Origin: Octopus vulgaris
Taxonomy: Eukaryota
DNA: 64,000 bases
Assembly (NCBI GenBank): GCA_951406725.2
Contig: OX597816.1
Span: forward strand, 103,850,001 to 103,914,000
Reading direction: 5' to 3'
Each line of letters begins with the position of its first letter. Within the stretch, counting starts at the first letter, position 1. Positions 13,552 through 26,685 of the stretch are shown here, piece by piece. The notes under the pieces were generated by a model. It searched no databases, was not told the DNA's origin, and saw only the letters and a list, made by a program, of their open reading frames with translations. The position numbers and the translations under genes are program-made.

Positions 13552-16500
13552 GTAAGTAACAAAACTATTTGCCATAAGATATATAAGAGATATACAGGTG
13601 ATGGAGATGAATAAATGGAGTTGATGATGATGAGTAAGTATGGGGATTGGAATGGGGGAAATGACTGTACAGAATTTGCTAAATGTAAACAGATCTGAGG
13701 AGATAATCTTGAGTAAATATCTTTGAAAAAATTATGTAACTGAATTTATGAGATTAGCTTAATATTGAGAGCTGACAATTAATTTTGAATGAACAACATT
13801 AATGAGCTTTTAAATATACTAAAGCTGTGCTTTGCACTTTGACAGACATTGTGATTTATTAAGAATGAATGGATTAAAGTAGCTTGAAAATATCTATAAT
13901 TTAAGTGAACAACGTAGTTAAAAATCACAAATAAAAATATTGAATTACAAATTGCAATACAGACAATTGAATTACTATTCTGTCTAAAATATTATGTTTC
14001 TCTTTTTTCTTTTTTTTTCCTTGACTTTTCCTTTAAATAGTTTATTTATTCATTTGAAAGTTAAACATTGCAATTTTAATATAGATCATGTTTTGTGGGT
14101 TTAGACATTTATTTTCTATTTAAAAACTTTGAATTGAAAAAAAAAGCTCAGTTATCCTTTGAGATATGATTTAAAAGGAATGTACTTTATTAATTGGAAT
14201 GAAATTTACCCTTTTTCTAATATCCCTCCTCTAATATGTATGCTATTTGCTTTTTTGAATACTTTGTTCTAACCTTTACAATTATAATTACTCCTTTTCT
14301 TTACTATTTTCATCTTTCAATTATCTAATTGTCTCTTGTTTTCTAACAATTTCCCATATTCCTTGACAATTACTTTATATTTAAGGCTCAGTGCATTGGC
14401 TGTAACCCCTCTCTCTTGTCATAATGGTTCTTTTCAAGGCTTCTGTATGTAAATGTATTTTTGATTTTTCACTTTTCAGAGCAGTCTTTTTTGACAGCAT
14501 AGAATTAGGGAGCTCTATTGCTGTGCCAATTTAAAAATATCTACCAATGTATGTAAACATTTATTACAGTCATGTACTAATGGAAACTGCAGTGTGCTAG
14601 CAACCAGTCCACAGTTCAAGATAATAGCTAAGGACAGAAAAACAAAACAAGGTAAAAGGACACACTAGTACAGATCTAATTCACCTATGCTAGCATGCTA
14701 AAATGGACATTAAAGTAATATTGCTACTGCTGTTGACAAATTGTTGCTGTCCTGGTTGCTAGTTGCTATTTTGTACTGTTACTATTTTACCTAGCTAATG
14801 CCTTATATCCACCACTACCATTACTACCACTGCCACCATTATTATCACACCTTACCCCACAACAACCTTGTAGAAATATGTAGATGAGAATGAGAATGGA
14901 CAATGTCATCTGAGTAAAAACTTTGAGTTGGTGGTTGATGGTAGCTAGTTCTATGGTAAGCTGAAGAATACACATAATGAGATTAGATTTCATTTACAGT
15001 AAGTTGTTGAAAAGTATTCTTCAAAGAGAGAAAACTTGGTTGGAAACAATTCTATAAAGCTATGCTGCACATTCTAGCATGCAGAAACCTTTGAGTTGTA
15101 CAGCTGTACTCTAGTGGATGGGATAAACAAACAGTAGATCTTGTATTTTAGTGAAGGTGGTTCCAGTATAAAAGTTGATTACTCTGAAACAGCAGTTGCA
15201 CATACTGTAAAGCTTTCTATTGTTAATAACTGCTTCTGAAATGCAGAGACCATGGATACATGCAACTTGTCCACTTCATGATAATCTAGATACCAATAAC
15301 AATTTCAGCCACTAAACATTTGTGAATTAAGATCAAGGAATGTTTCAATAACTAAGAATCTCTTGTAGAGAAGTTATGTCTGCATGTAAATTATGATATA
15401 TCTTTAAGGTTCTTTGATTTTTGATAGTTTCAAATATTAAAAAAATATGTTTGAACATTGCAAAAGCCAAACATGTTATCTAATACTACCATGTTTAAAA
15501 GATTGGTTTCCATTCCTGTGACAGCATATTCTTAGAACTGAAAGGTTCATTTAATTGGTTACAAAGTAAGAAACCTAAAAGTAAGAAATGACTGAAAAAT
15601 ATATTATGAACCTTTCAAAGAATTACATTCAATAATTCTATTAAATAACCAGCTGGAATTTTCTTAAGTGTTAAATTTGGTTTTGGTAAGCCTGCAAGTT
15701 TCCACTTTCTTTCCTTTATAATATTGCTTATTAAAAAATTGCTTTCAAGGCTTTCAGATTTTTCCCTTCTCATTCACGTATTAATAACTCTTTACACAAT
15801 ATATATATATGTGTGTGTATATATATATATATCCACACTGTTATATTTTAAAATCAATGGGTTCCATTAATATTTAATACCTCTTATATTCATTTACACA
15901 AGAACTCTGGCTTTATTTTAAAATATACTGCAATTGCTAACCTTGTTTTCTATCTAGCATTTGATTTTACTAATTGTTTTTTTTCTTGTTAATTCTATAA
16001 CTTCCTACCATTTTAACTATTAAAAAACTTCTATCATTTATTGGATCTGCTTTATAATTACTACTAACTATTACCTGTAATGTTTATGAAAATTATACTT
16101 ATACTTTACTTTATACATACTAATTATTTTGGAGAACATTTTCTTTTCTTCTAAAGTGTCTTACATTTTTTTATTTATTGTGATGTATCACTTTATTTCA
16201 ATTTCTCTAACAATGACATTGTGTTAAGTAAAAATGACCTTAATTTTTTTATTTTGGACCATAAATAATATACATTTTCTTGTTCATAATTTACTTCATA
16301 TGCTAACGCATTCAAAATGTTGTTATTGTTTAGTGATAGGATATCACTATAACTTATAATTCGAGAAGGTAAATCAAAAACTGCCATGTGTTTGCACTGA
16401 TATATGTGCATATGGTTTTATGTAGGAATGCTAAAAAATTTCTTCAGTTAATATAATCTTCTCCCAACACTTCATATTTGAAGTAAGAGAAATATATGCC

Positions 16501-18265
16501 AATATAATAGAAATTTATAACTTAAACCTCCCACACAGTTTTTTAGAGAGGTGATGCCTTTGATCTATAATTTTTAATATTTTTTAATGTACAAAAAAAA
16601 AAACTAAAAATCAAACAGAATTTTTTCTGTTAAGCATGAAATTATAAGAAGAAACCACTTAACTTAGTCATAGAGTTGCATAGTTTAAGTTTTAGAGCTA
16701 TGAGGAAATATGTTTTTGATTAATATCTCCTCTCCAATGTTTGGACACTTACAATATTATACTTTAAAACTTACATTACATGAATTAAAAGTGAAAGAAA
16801 ACTTATTGAACTACTTATCCATGAAACTAACTCATTTCATGCCTCAGGCTTAGTGTTATGTGTCTGAAGTTTGGCATTATTTTCTCCCATTTTGAGGCAT
16901 CGAAGTTATAATATTTCAGTTCTAAAATAATGCTAAAATGTACGTTCTGGTCTAAAGAAACCAGGATCCTTCTTGAAGTTTACACAAGTTACTTTTGTGG
17001 AGATGTATAGTGTGGTAAACCAAGATATGATGTGACCTTAATTGCTAACTGCATTTCCAAGTGTCACAAGAAAAAATATGTTTGTTAATTTGCTATATCC
17101 ATTTTCTGCATTCAGTGGCACATCTTCAAGTGGCAACAACCAAGATTCATTTCACAATGCTGCATAGTGGCATTTGAGGATTTAATATGTCTGCCTCTGG
17201 TTGATATTTCACCTCTTAGTCATTTCAGTTCCTCTCTATCTATTACTTATACAAACTTTATCCTGCTCTCATCACTTCTCTCTCAGAATTACTATCTTTA
17301 AGCCCCAATTAACTCATCATTAGTATTAGTTACATCAGTTATAAAGATTCTGTATTATTTTTCAGAGAAGATAGGATTTTAAATTTATTATATTTTAGTG
17401 AGTGAAATATTTTTTCTGAATAATCTAGTATACTGAGAAAAGTAGCCCATATTGGATTGTATGATACTGGCATGTATCTAAAAGTTTTGACATTTCTTGC
17501 TATTGTCACAGACTCTGCTTTGGTTTTGAATGATTTTTTAGTTCTTTGAGAGAAGAAAAAATTTATTCACTAATCCATAATCTGGTTTCTTCCATTCGAT
17601 TCTTAATTTTAACATCTCCCCTTTCACAGTTACTCTGAGTTGATTACATTTAGGAGTTTGGGTTTTTCAGATACTCATAGAAATTTTGTCAGCTATTGAT
17701 ATGCAGAGGAAAATACACTGGAAGTTTTTCTATATCACCCTATTCAAAATGTTTGGTTGTGTAGTTTCCCTGAAGCAGTTCTGCTAAACTCCAATCAAAT
17801 GGATAAAATGAAAACCTCAAATAGATTAATAATCAGCTGAATTAATTACTATTCTAGCAATAATTCACTTCAAAAATTTATCCATCTAATCTAAGGGTTT
17901 CTTTTCTTTTGATTATCTAATTATTTTATGTTTATCATTAATAATCAGTTATGTTAGTGAAAGCATGTTATTGATTAAAAAATATCCAGGATTTAGCTTT
18001 TTTAACATTTTAATCATTAAAAACATTTACACTCATTCCATGAACTCTGAGCTCATTGACAAATTTTCTATTGCTCCTTTCTTCATTTAGAACTAGCATT
18101 TATGGAATATTTATTGTCTCTCCCTTCTACAAATGTATGAAAGTAGATTCTCTCAAAACATCTACAGGAATGAAATCTACAGATTATAAAACTTTTTCTT
18201 GGTTTTAAGCTCCACTGAATTTGTTGATGTATATATATATATATATATACACACACACATACATA

Positions 18266-19155
18266 CAAAGTGTGTTGGGTAAATTGCCGCTATTTTATAT
18301 CTTCAATTTCATGCATGCACATTGCTTGTTTTTGATTTTGCCAACTACGCAGCATAGTAGGGTCAGTTGGGCATTGTCTGTGAGAAAAACAGTACCATAA
18401 TGCAATTTACTCTGCCAGAAATTTGGAAATGACATGCTGTACTGCTTGGCATTCATGCCAGAAGCTCCAGTATGAACATTGCAAAGTGTTTGGGTGTCAA
18501 TCTGAGGACAGGGCAGTCTGAGGAGATGTACCAAGAGTGATAAAAATCAAACATGCAGTTAACATCATAGTGTTTGGTGTGATCACCTGTGATGGCAACA
18601 TTATGCCTCCATTTGTCTTCCCATACGGCCTCAAACTCAACATGGAGGTCTACATCAAGTGACTGGAGGAGGTAGTGTTGCCCTGGGTGAAGAGGAAGGC
18701 TGCTGGAAGACCCTATGTCTGGCAACAGGACTCTGCACAACGATGCACAAGCAGGAGAACCCAGTCATGGCTGTCAGACAATTTCTGCGACCACATCACC
18801 CCTAACATCTGGCCACCTAACTCCCCAGACTACCAACCCCCTTGGTTATTATATGTGGGGTACAGCTGAGCGAGAGACTAACAAAACTCCTTGTAACACC
18901 AAAGATGAACTGAAGGCAAGGATTATGGCAGTATTCACCAAATTAAACAAAGAGACCAGCCAGAAGAGTTGCCGGAGATTCCAAAGTCGTCTGGAGGCCA
19001 TGGTGGAAGCCAATGGCAATTTTATTGAATAAATTTACTCTTTAGTATTTCAAGATATTTTTATATAATTTTGGTAAATATATCTGTTAAAATGAAATGT
19101 CAGTATGATTTTAAATTTTGCATAATTTAGACGACAATTTATTCTCCACAGCCTG
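18266..19155 (+). mobile_element. Internally deleted maT (DD37D) Tc1/mariner element
   Basis: WQQDSA..TSRRTQSWLSDNFCDHITPNIWPPNSPD..P; 37 residues between the last two catalytic positions (counted on the better-preserved 58 kb copy); imperfect TIRs flanked by TA. Confidence 0.85.
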
Positions 19156-20162
<1,007 letters not shown>

Positions 20163-20366
20163 CAATGATAAATCTCAGAGCAAGTTATAAACAGTAGCGG
20201 TAACACATCGTGTTGCATATTTGCCATTTGAATATGGCTAACCCATAAGGGTGGATGCTACTGTAGTTTGTAGCCCCAGGAAGATATCTCCTCCAGTTGG
20301 CTATAGACACACTATCTGTGTCCTGTCAGTATTTGTGAAGGGGAGTCATCCTCCTCGTCTTCAACA

Positions 20367-20427
20367 CATGATACACACGTACCCGAGTTTCAAGGTGTTT
20401 ACCTTTCATCAGCGTGTGACAATCATG
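20367..20427 (-). ncRNA. Type I hammerhead ribozyme, identical antisense copy
   Basis: Exact reverse complement of 20653-20713. Confidence 0.85.
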
Positions 20428-20652
20428 GTTGTCGATGAGAAGTCAGCTCCCTTCACAAATACATATACTTTTTCCAGTGTCGATTTGACACTGATAATGA
20501 AAAAGTGAAATCAAACAAGGATAAATCTCAGAGCGAGTTATAAACAGTAGCGGTAACACATCGTGTTGCATATTTGCCATTTGAATATGGCTAACCCATA
20601 AGGGTGGATGCTACTGTAGTTTGTAGCAGGGATCTGACTTCTCGTTGACAAC

Positions 20653-20713
20653 CATGATTGTCACACGCTGATGAAAGGTAAACACCTTGAAACTCGGGTA
20701 CGTGTGTATCATG
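20653..20713 (+). ncRNA. Type I hammerhead ribozyme, canonical core
   Basis: catgat-tgt-CACACG CTGATGA AAGGT-aaac-ACCTT GAAAC tcgg GTA CGTGTG-t-atcatg; stems I and II pair perfectly; predicted cleavage after 20700. Confidence 0.88.
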
Positions 20714-20959
20714 TGTTGAAGACGGGGAGGATGACTCCCCTTCACAAATACTGACAGGACACAGATAGTGTGTCTATAGCCAACTGGAGGAGATATCTTC
20801 CTGGGGCTACAAACTACAGTAGCATCCACCCTTATGGGTTAGCCATATTCAAATGGCAAATATGCAACACGATGTGTTACCGCTACTGTTTATAACTCGC
20901 TCTGAGATTTATCATTGTTTGATTTCACTTTTTCATTATCAGTGTCAAATCGACACAAC

Positions 20960-21110
20960 AATGGTTTCATTTGGCTTAACGAGTTTTCTCAAGCACAGCA
21001 TATTGCCAAAGGTGTCAGTTACTTCTCATTGCCTTCATGAGGCCCAACATTTGAAGATCATGCTTCACCACCTCATCCCATGTCTTTCTGGGTCTACCTC
21101 TACCACAGAG
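20960..21110 (-). mobile_element. RTE-clade LINE 3' fragment
   Basis: Minus strand reads CGRGRPRKTWDEVVKHDLQMLGL, typical of the RTE ORF C-terminus. Confidence 0.7.
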
Positions 21111-21542
21111 ATCGGCACTTCTTTTTCATGTCTGTGTTTGTCACCCACCTCTACTTTAGCATTGCTGGCAGTGTTGCATGCATCTGAACTGGGGCTACCA
21201 TGATAGGAAAGCTTGTTTCTCCTAGTCTTGAAAACCCTATAAACTGTCACAGTATTGCACTTCTTCCTCTGACCAAGCAAAAGAAAAAGATTTTAAAAGA
21301 ACAATGTTTTCAGACAGTTAAGGTGAGTGTAGAGCATACTGGAAACATTTCTGTTTCACTCAATCTAAAACAAGGGTTTCTAATTTAAGCACAGGGCTAG
21401 TAATTTTGATGATAGGGATCAAATGATACCATTGACCTCAACACGTGTACTTTATTTTATTGACCTTGCAGAGATGAAAAGTAAAATTTGGGGGTCAAGA
21501 AAGTAGGGAAAAGTTAATTTTAGTGGATATGATGGTAATAAT

Positions 21543-21676
21543 TCTGTTGTGTCTGGGGAGACTCATTTTCTTTTTGTGCCTTATAATGTAACACACTCAC
21601 TGGTAAAATTTCCACTTATTTCTTGTTTTTATTTTCCTAAAATTTTCGTTGCGTCTTGCAACCTTTTCAGTAGTCT
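21543..21676 (-). mobile_element. 134-bp insertion with 13-bp TSD and hammerhead-like motif
   Basis: TGATGGTAATAAT at 21530-21542 and 21677-21689; minus strand CTA-CTGAAAA-g-GTTGC-aagac-GCAAC-GAAAA-TTT-TAG (21637-21673). Confidence 0.65.
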
Positions 21677-23001
21677 TGATGGTAATAATGTTTTTGTGTT
21701 TTGTATAGGAATCATAAAGGGCTGTGAGAATAAAAGACTTAACAACTGATCGCTTAGTTAGTAAAATCTTAGCACAGCCATTGAGTTGTTATTTTGAGAA
21801 CAGTACCTAATTTTTCTTGTTCTTGCCAGTTTGACATGAAAAAAACAAAAACACCATTCCTATTTCATAGTCAAGTGATTAATGATAAGAATGATATTCA
21901 GCTGAAACATTAATTTTCTCAACAAATAAAATATTCACAAGCCATTTCATGTAAAACAGTTAAAAAGGCCAAACAAAGAAGTCACAAATATCTTGGAATC
22001 TACGAGCTGTTTGAGATGACCAAAATTTTAGAATGGTTGAAAGAAACAATATCTGCAATGCAATACTGAAGCATTCAATTAGAATGGATGGTTTTTAATG
22101 ATTCTTTAATTAATTAACTTGTAATCATCACTTAATTTACGCTCTTATTTATTATGAGCCAAAAGTAATTAATTACTCATTTTCTTTTCTCCAATCTAAC
22201 CCAGAGATGTTTAATTGCGATGACATCTGCGACTCTTGTGGAATAATGAGAGAAAAGATGACAAAACATTTATAATACATGACTTCTACTCTGCTATACA
22301 GTTTAAGAGCAGTGTCAGCGATCTTGTTAACTAGAATACAAAGCATTGAGTCAATACATATAAATATTTTATATATGACACTTAATAACATGCACACTCA
22401 AACACACACGTACACATGCATGTACACACACATACACACACACGTATGTATATAAAAGCATTATAAGCACACAAAATAATTAGAATCAAAACAATATCTT
22501 CATTCTTAATATGGTCTGTCTGACTTGGTCATGAATAGGTTTTATGCTGTTAGATTTTGACTTCAGAGGACAACGTTTATATTTAGATAATGTGTATTGA
22601 CAATACTCATGCTTCAGTGATGTAGTGGACTCTGAGACACTATTTTCTCAGTATGATAGTGTCTCCTAAGTTAGTGGCACCCTCAGAAACTCTAATGTCA
22701 AATGAGAATGGTAGTTTTTTTTCCTATAGAATTCTGCAAGCGAAATATCTAGTGATGCATGTTAAAGCTTGCCCAGCAGATATTAAATGATTATGAGCAT
22801 GTAAAACAGTACGAATCAAAACAGTGATGTGCACATTTATTCTTAATCATGTTTCAGTAGAATGGATGCATTGGATGCTTTTTCTGTTGAATCCAGCTGC
22901 AAAAAGCATTTCACATCTGAATCTACTGGAATTTGTTGAGACTGGCTAGACATGTCATTTTACACACACACACACACACTTGTATGTATACATACATGTA
23001 C

Positions 23002-23043
<42 letters not shown>

Positions 23044-23069
23044 ATGCATATATATATATATATATAAAT

Positions 23070-23675
23070 AATAAATATTAGGGAATAAATCCAAATTTAC
23101 AGGGAAAAATCAGATTTATGATTGAATCCAATTTTATAGTAAAATATAATATAATATTAATTAGAGACAAAACCACTATTATGCAAATCAAACAAAGAAA
23201 GACTTAATCCAATACATAAAAAATTTTATATAAATTAAATATAATTAAGATATCCACTACGATCGTTTCTTGTCACTTCTATGGACATTCATCAGGTGGT
23301 TTCAAGACCTTCTATGCAATTTTGAACTATGTTTGATTTGCATAATAGTGGTTTTGTCTCTAATTAATATTTGTATTCCATTATTTTTTTGTTTTTTTAT
23401 ATTCGTCTCTTTTGCTGTCCTGGTGTCCGTATGCATTCGATCCTTCTTCCAGGAAATCTACGCTCCCAGCTTAGTTTTTCTAATGCTCGTTGCTTAGTTT
23501 TTCTTGGAGGGCTGGCCGTGATCTAGTAATCTCAAGATTAATCAGCCGAAATTACTACGATGATCCGGTTCTTGACTGAAGACTGAGGGTTTCGAATGTC
23601 CTGTCCGTGTTTATTGTATCGTCTTCTAAGAGTTATACGTTCTTGTCCATGTTGTATTTTTCTACATACCTTAAT
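23070..23675. mobile_element. (TA)n-flanked repeat with 41-bp inverted repeat enclosing a hammerhead (Penelope pLTR-like)
   Basis: 23154-23194 is the reverse complement of 23330-23370; (TA)n on both sides. Confidence 0.55.
23254..23299 (-). ncRNA. Minimal type I hammerhead motif
   Basis: CCAC CTGATGA a-TGTC-catagaagt-GACA-a GAAAC gatc GTA GTGG; palindromic stem III ACGATCGT; A/A mismatch at base of stem II. Confidence 0.72.
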
Positions 23676-23720
23676 ATATATATATATATATATATATGTA
23701 TTAAATATCCATCACAGCTG

Positions 23721-23793
23721 GTCTTACCAATCAGTTTTACGTAAAGAGTGTTAGGTAACAAACCAATTATATAACTTTACACTCATCAGAGTT
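23721..23793 (-). ncRNA. Decayed hammerhead-like motif
   Basis: ct CTGATGA GTGTAAAG..CTTTACGT aAAAC tgattg GTA ag; G12 lost, stem III looks like CpG-decayed ACCGATCGGT, stem I only 2 bp. Confidence 0.4.
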
Positions 23794-24079
23794 GGCTGAT
23801 ATGGAAGCGAATATGGTGACTGCTCTCTATTGTCAGAAGTGGATTAGCACAGCCAGCCAGCATTTGCTGAGAATGTGGTGTGTGGTATGTCTTGTGGTGT
23901 CATATGTATAATTTTTTCTGGAGGTGTAGGTATATATAGCTGTGTTCATTTGTCTGTTTACTTTCTGTAAAGGATAAAGATGTGCTGTGGGGGAGGTTAT
24001 GTTACATATATGTATATGTACATTATCATCATCATCATCATCATCATTTAATGCCTGTTTTCCCTATTTTTCCCTATTT

Positions 24080-24135
24080 GTCTCTGATGATGGAATATCC
24101 CATACTCTGGGATATCCCAGAAACAGCTGTAAGAC
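24080..24135 (+). ncRNA. Minimal type I hammerhead ribozyme, canonical core
   Basis: GTCT CTGATGA TGGaATATCCCA-tactc-TGGGATATcCCA GAAAC agct GTA AGAC; palindromic stem III ACAGCTGT; predicted cleavage after 24131. Confidence 0.82.
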
Positions 24136-24361
24136 TGAATTTTTTCCAATAATAATAATGTATATGACTTGAGACGTTTGCCTTGCCTTAATGTTTGTTG
24201 TCCTCTTTAAAAATTATACATCTGCTGCAATGGAAAGCTACAATGGCTCCATAACTACCATCTCGTCTATAACCTTGGAGCCCTAGTAATCTGTTACATA
24301 ATTGGTTAGATCACCTGTGAACTAAACGCCCATACTTTGTATATATATACATATATATAGG

Positions 24362-24602
24362 TCCAGGAGTGGCTGGGTGGTAAGTAGCTTGCTAACCAAC
24401 CACATGGTTCCGGGTTCAGTCCCACTGCGTGGCATCTTGGGCAAATCAGAACGTAAAATATTTTTAATTAAATACAATATGGTCAATGAGGTAACGGTTG
24501 TACCAATCCATCAGTCTTATTTACATATTCTGCTATAGCCCCGGGCCGACCAATGCCTTGTGAGTGGATTTGGTAGACGGAAACTGAAAGAAGCCTGTCG
24601 TA

Positions 24603-24648
<46 letters not shown>

Positions 24649-24850
24649 TGTGTGTCTGTGTTTGTCTCCTAACATTGCTTGACAACCAATGCTGGTGTGT
24701 TTACATCCCCGTAACTTAGCAGTTCAGCAAAAGAGACCGATAGAATAAGTACTGGGCTGACAAAGAATAAGTCCCGGGGTCGATTTGCTCGACTAAAGGC
24801 GGTGCTCCAGCATGGCCGCAGTCAAATGACTGAAACAAGTAAAAGAGAAT
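24362..24850 (+). mobile_element. Near full-length tRNA-derived SINE with internal (TA)n and an ~83-bp insertion
   Basis: A-box-like tggctgggtggtaag, B-box-like gggttcagtccc, family tail; CpG-rich, so relatively young. Confidence 0.85.
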
Positions 24851-26274
24851 AAAAAAGATATATATATACACACACACACATATGTGTGTGTGTGTATTTA
24901 TGTATGTATATATGTATGTAAAAAGAGGTCCTTCTCAATCCATAGTTGCAGCAGCCTAGTTTCATGGTTTCTTTGGTGTATACATTCACTATGGTGAATA
25001 TATACATGACACACACTCACTCACAGTGTGTGGGCGTGCATGTGAATGTGTGTGTCTGTGTAAGGTGCCAAGTAATGGTGCTAAAGCAGCTGATGGATTG
25101 AGTCTACCACCCAAATAGGCCAGGGTAGGATTTGAACTCAGAATGCAATGAGCTGGCGTAAATACAACAATCATCAAGTTTGATGTTCATACAGTATTAC
25201 AAGCCCACTTCCTCTAGATTGATATTCTTTTTATCGGTCCTAAAGGAATGAAAAGAGAAGTTGAACTCAGAGCACTGCATACCAGAACAAATACTGTGAC
25301 ATATCTTTACAACATTCTAACATCTCTTACACTATGCTGCCCAAATAAAAATAAGATTTTGATTATGTATTTGGAAATGGTTGTTTTCTAAACTATAGCT
25401 TACACTGAGCCATTAAAGTTTAGTGCTATTTTGCTTTTTTTTCTTCTACTTCTTTTTATAACCTTTTCTTCATTGACATGACACCTGATACTAGACAAAA
25501 ATATACAGTTGTAACATCTTACAAATAAATAACAGCAATGATTATAATATATTGTATCCAATTATAATTGTGGTTGTAAGATGGTAGGGAGTCATAATTA
25601 CTAAAATAACTTCTCAGAAATTTAGTCATAAAAATTGCTGTTATCTTCCTACAAGGTTGTAAATATTGTTGCCTCTAACATTTTTGACACAACGCTTATG
25701 GATGTAGTATTCTACAAAATCAGATCTACAATAAAATCTTTGGTTATAATTCCTTGCTAATTATTTAGTCATAATCACAACCTAATCATGTTGTCAAAAT
25801 TATAAGCTGATTTTGTAGTCATAATTGCTAGCTAATTATTTATAACTTTTTAATCTTGTAGTATTAATACCACAGCAATATTAATATTAATAACTATTTA
25901 TTACTAGTTAATCCACTTCTTACAATTACTAGCTAATCAGTTAGCCAGAGTTACTAGCAAATTGTTTTCCAGCTGCAATGGACAACATATGATTCACAAT
26001 CCAATTCTAAATTTTGTAGAATTAGCAAGCTGTGAAATAAAACATCCTTTCAATATTGCAAGTAGCTTTTCTGGCAGGGAATATTGAACTCTAGGTCAAC
26101 AATCTACACTGCTTTTCTGCTTACAGCAGCCAACCACCCTGCCCTGCAATAACTATATACATATCGATGAACTGTTGCTGTTTGATCACAAGTCATCATA
26201 AGTGAGATGACTGGTGATCAAAGGCAATCTAGTCATGGCCATCACATCTTTCTTCCTAATATATGTTATCTAGA

Positions 26275-26321
<47 letters not shown>

Positions 26322-26554
26322 TAATTTGAAAATAAATGTGGTTTATGGTATGTATCTTTATGTCTTATAACTTAGCAGGTCAACAAATAAGAACAATAAA
26401 ATCATTGTCAGGCTTGAATATGTACTCAGATTGATTTTATTACAAAATATGAGAACAATAACCAATACTGTGGCAGTTCAGTGACTGAAACCAATAAGAG
26501 AAAAGTAAAGAATAATCTCTTTAACATCAATATTTTCACTGATTTTTTCTTCAT

Positions 26555-26616
26555 TTTCACCATCACCATCACCACCACAACCACCACCACCACCACCATC
26601 ATCGTCATCATCGTCG

Positions 26617-26649
<33 letters not shown>

Positions 26650-26685
26650 CTTTCATCATTATCACCATAATCCCTACCACCATCA
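26555..26685. repeat. (CAC)n/(CAT)n microsatellite; similar at 34455-34530, 44670-44740, 49735-49772
   Basis: Directly visible. Confidence 0.9.

Larger units (their letters stand above)
20161..20956. mobile_element. Retrozyme-like / Penelope pLTR-like element: ~353-bp unit in partial tandem plus inverted copy
   Basis: 20161-20274 repeats at 20514-20627 (period 353); 20633-20956 is the reverse complement and runs across the unit junction; contains hammerhead motifs. Confidence 0.8.

Noticed and set aside
20251-20829. Twin ORFs starting [11 protein letters not shown]
   Set aside because: Non-ATG starts within the inverted repeat; the ribozyme explains the sequence better.
23500-23610. ggctg..cagccGAAA and CTGAAGA motifs
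   Set aside because: Core elements are out of register or lack pairing stems.
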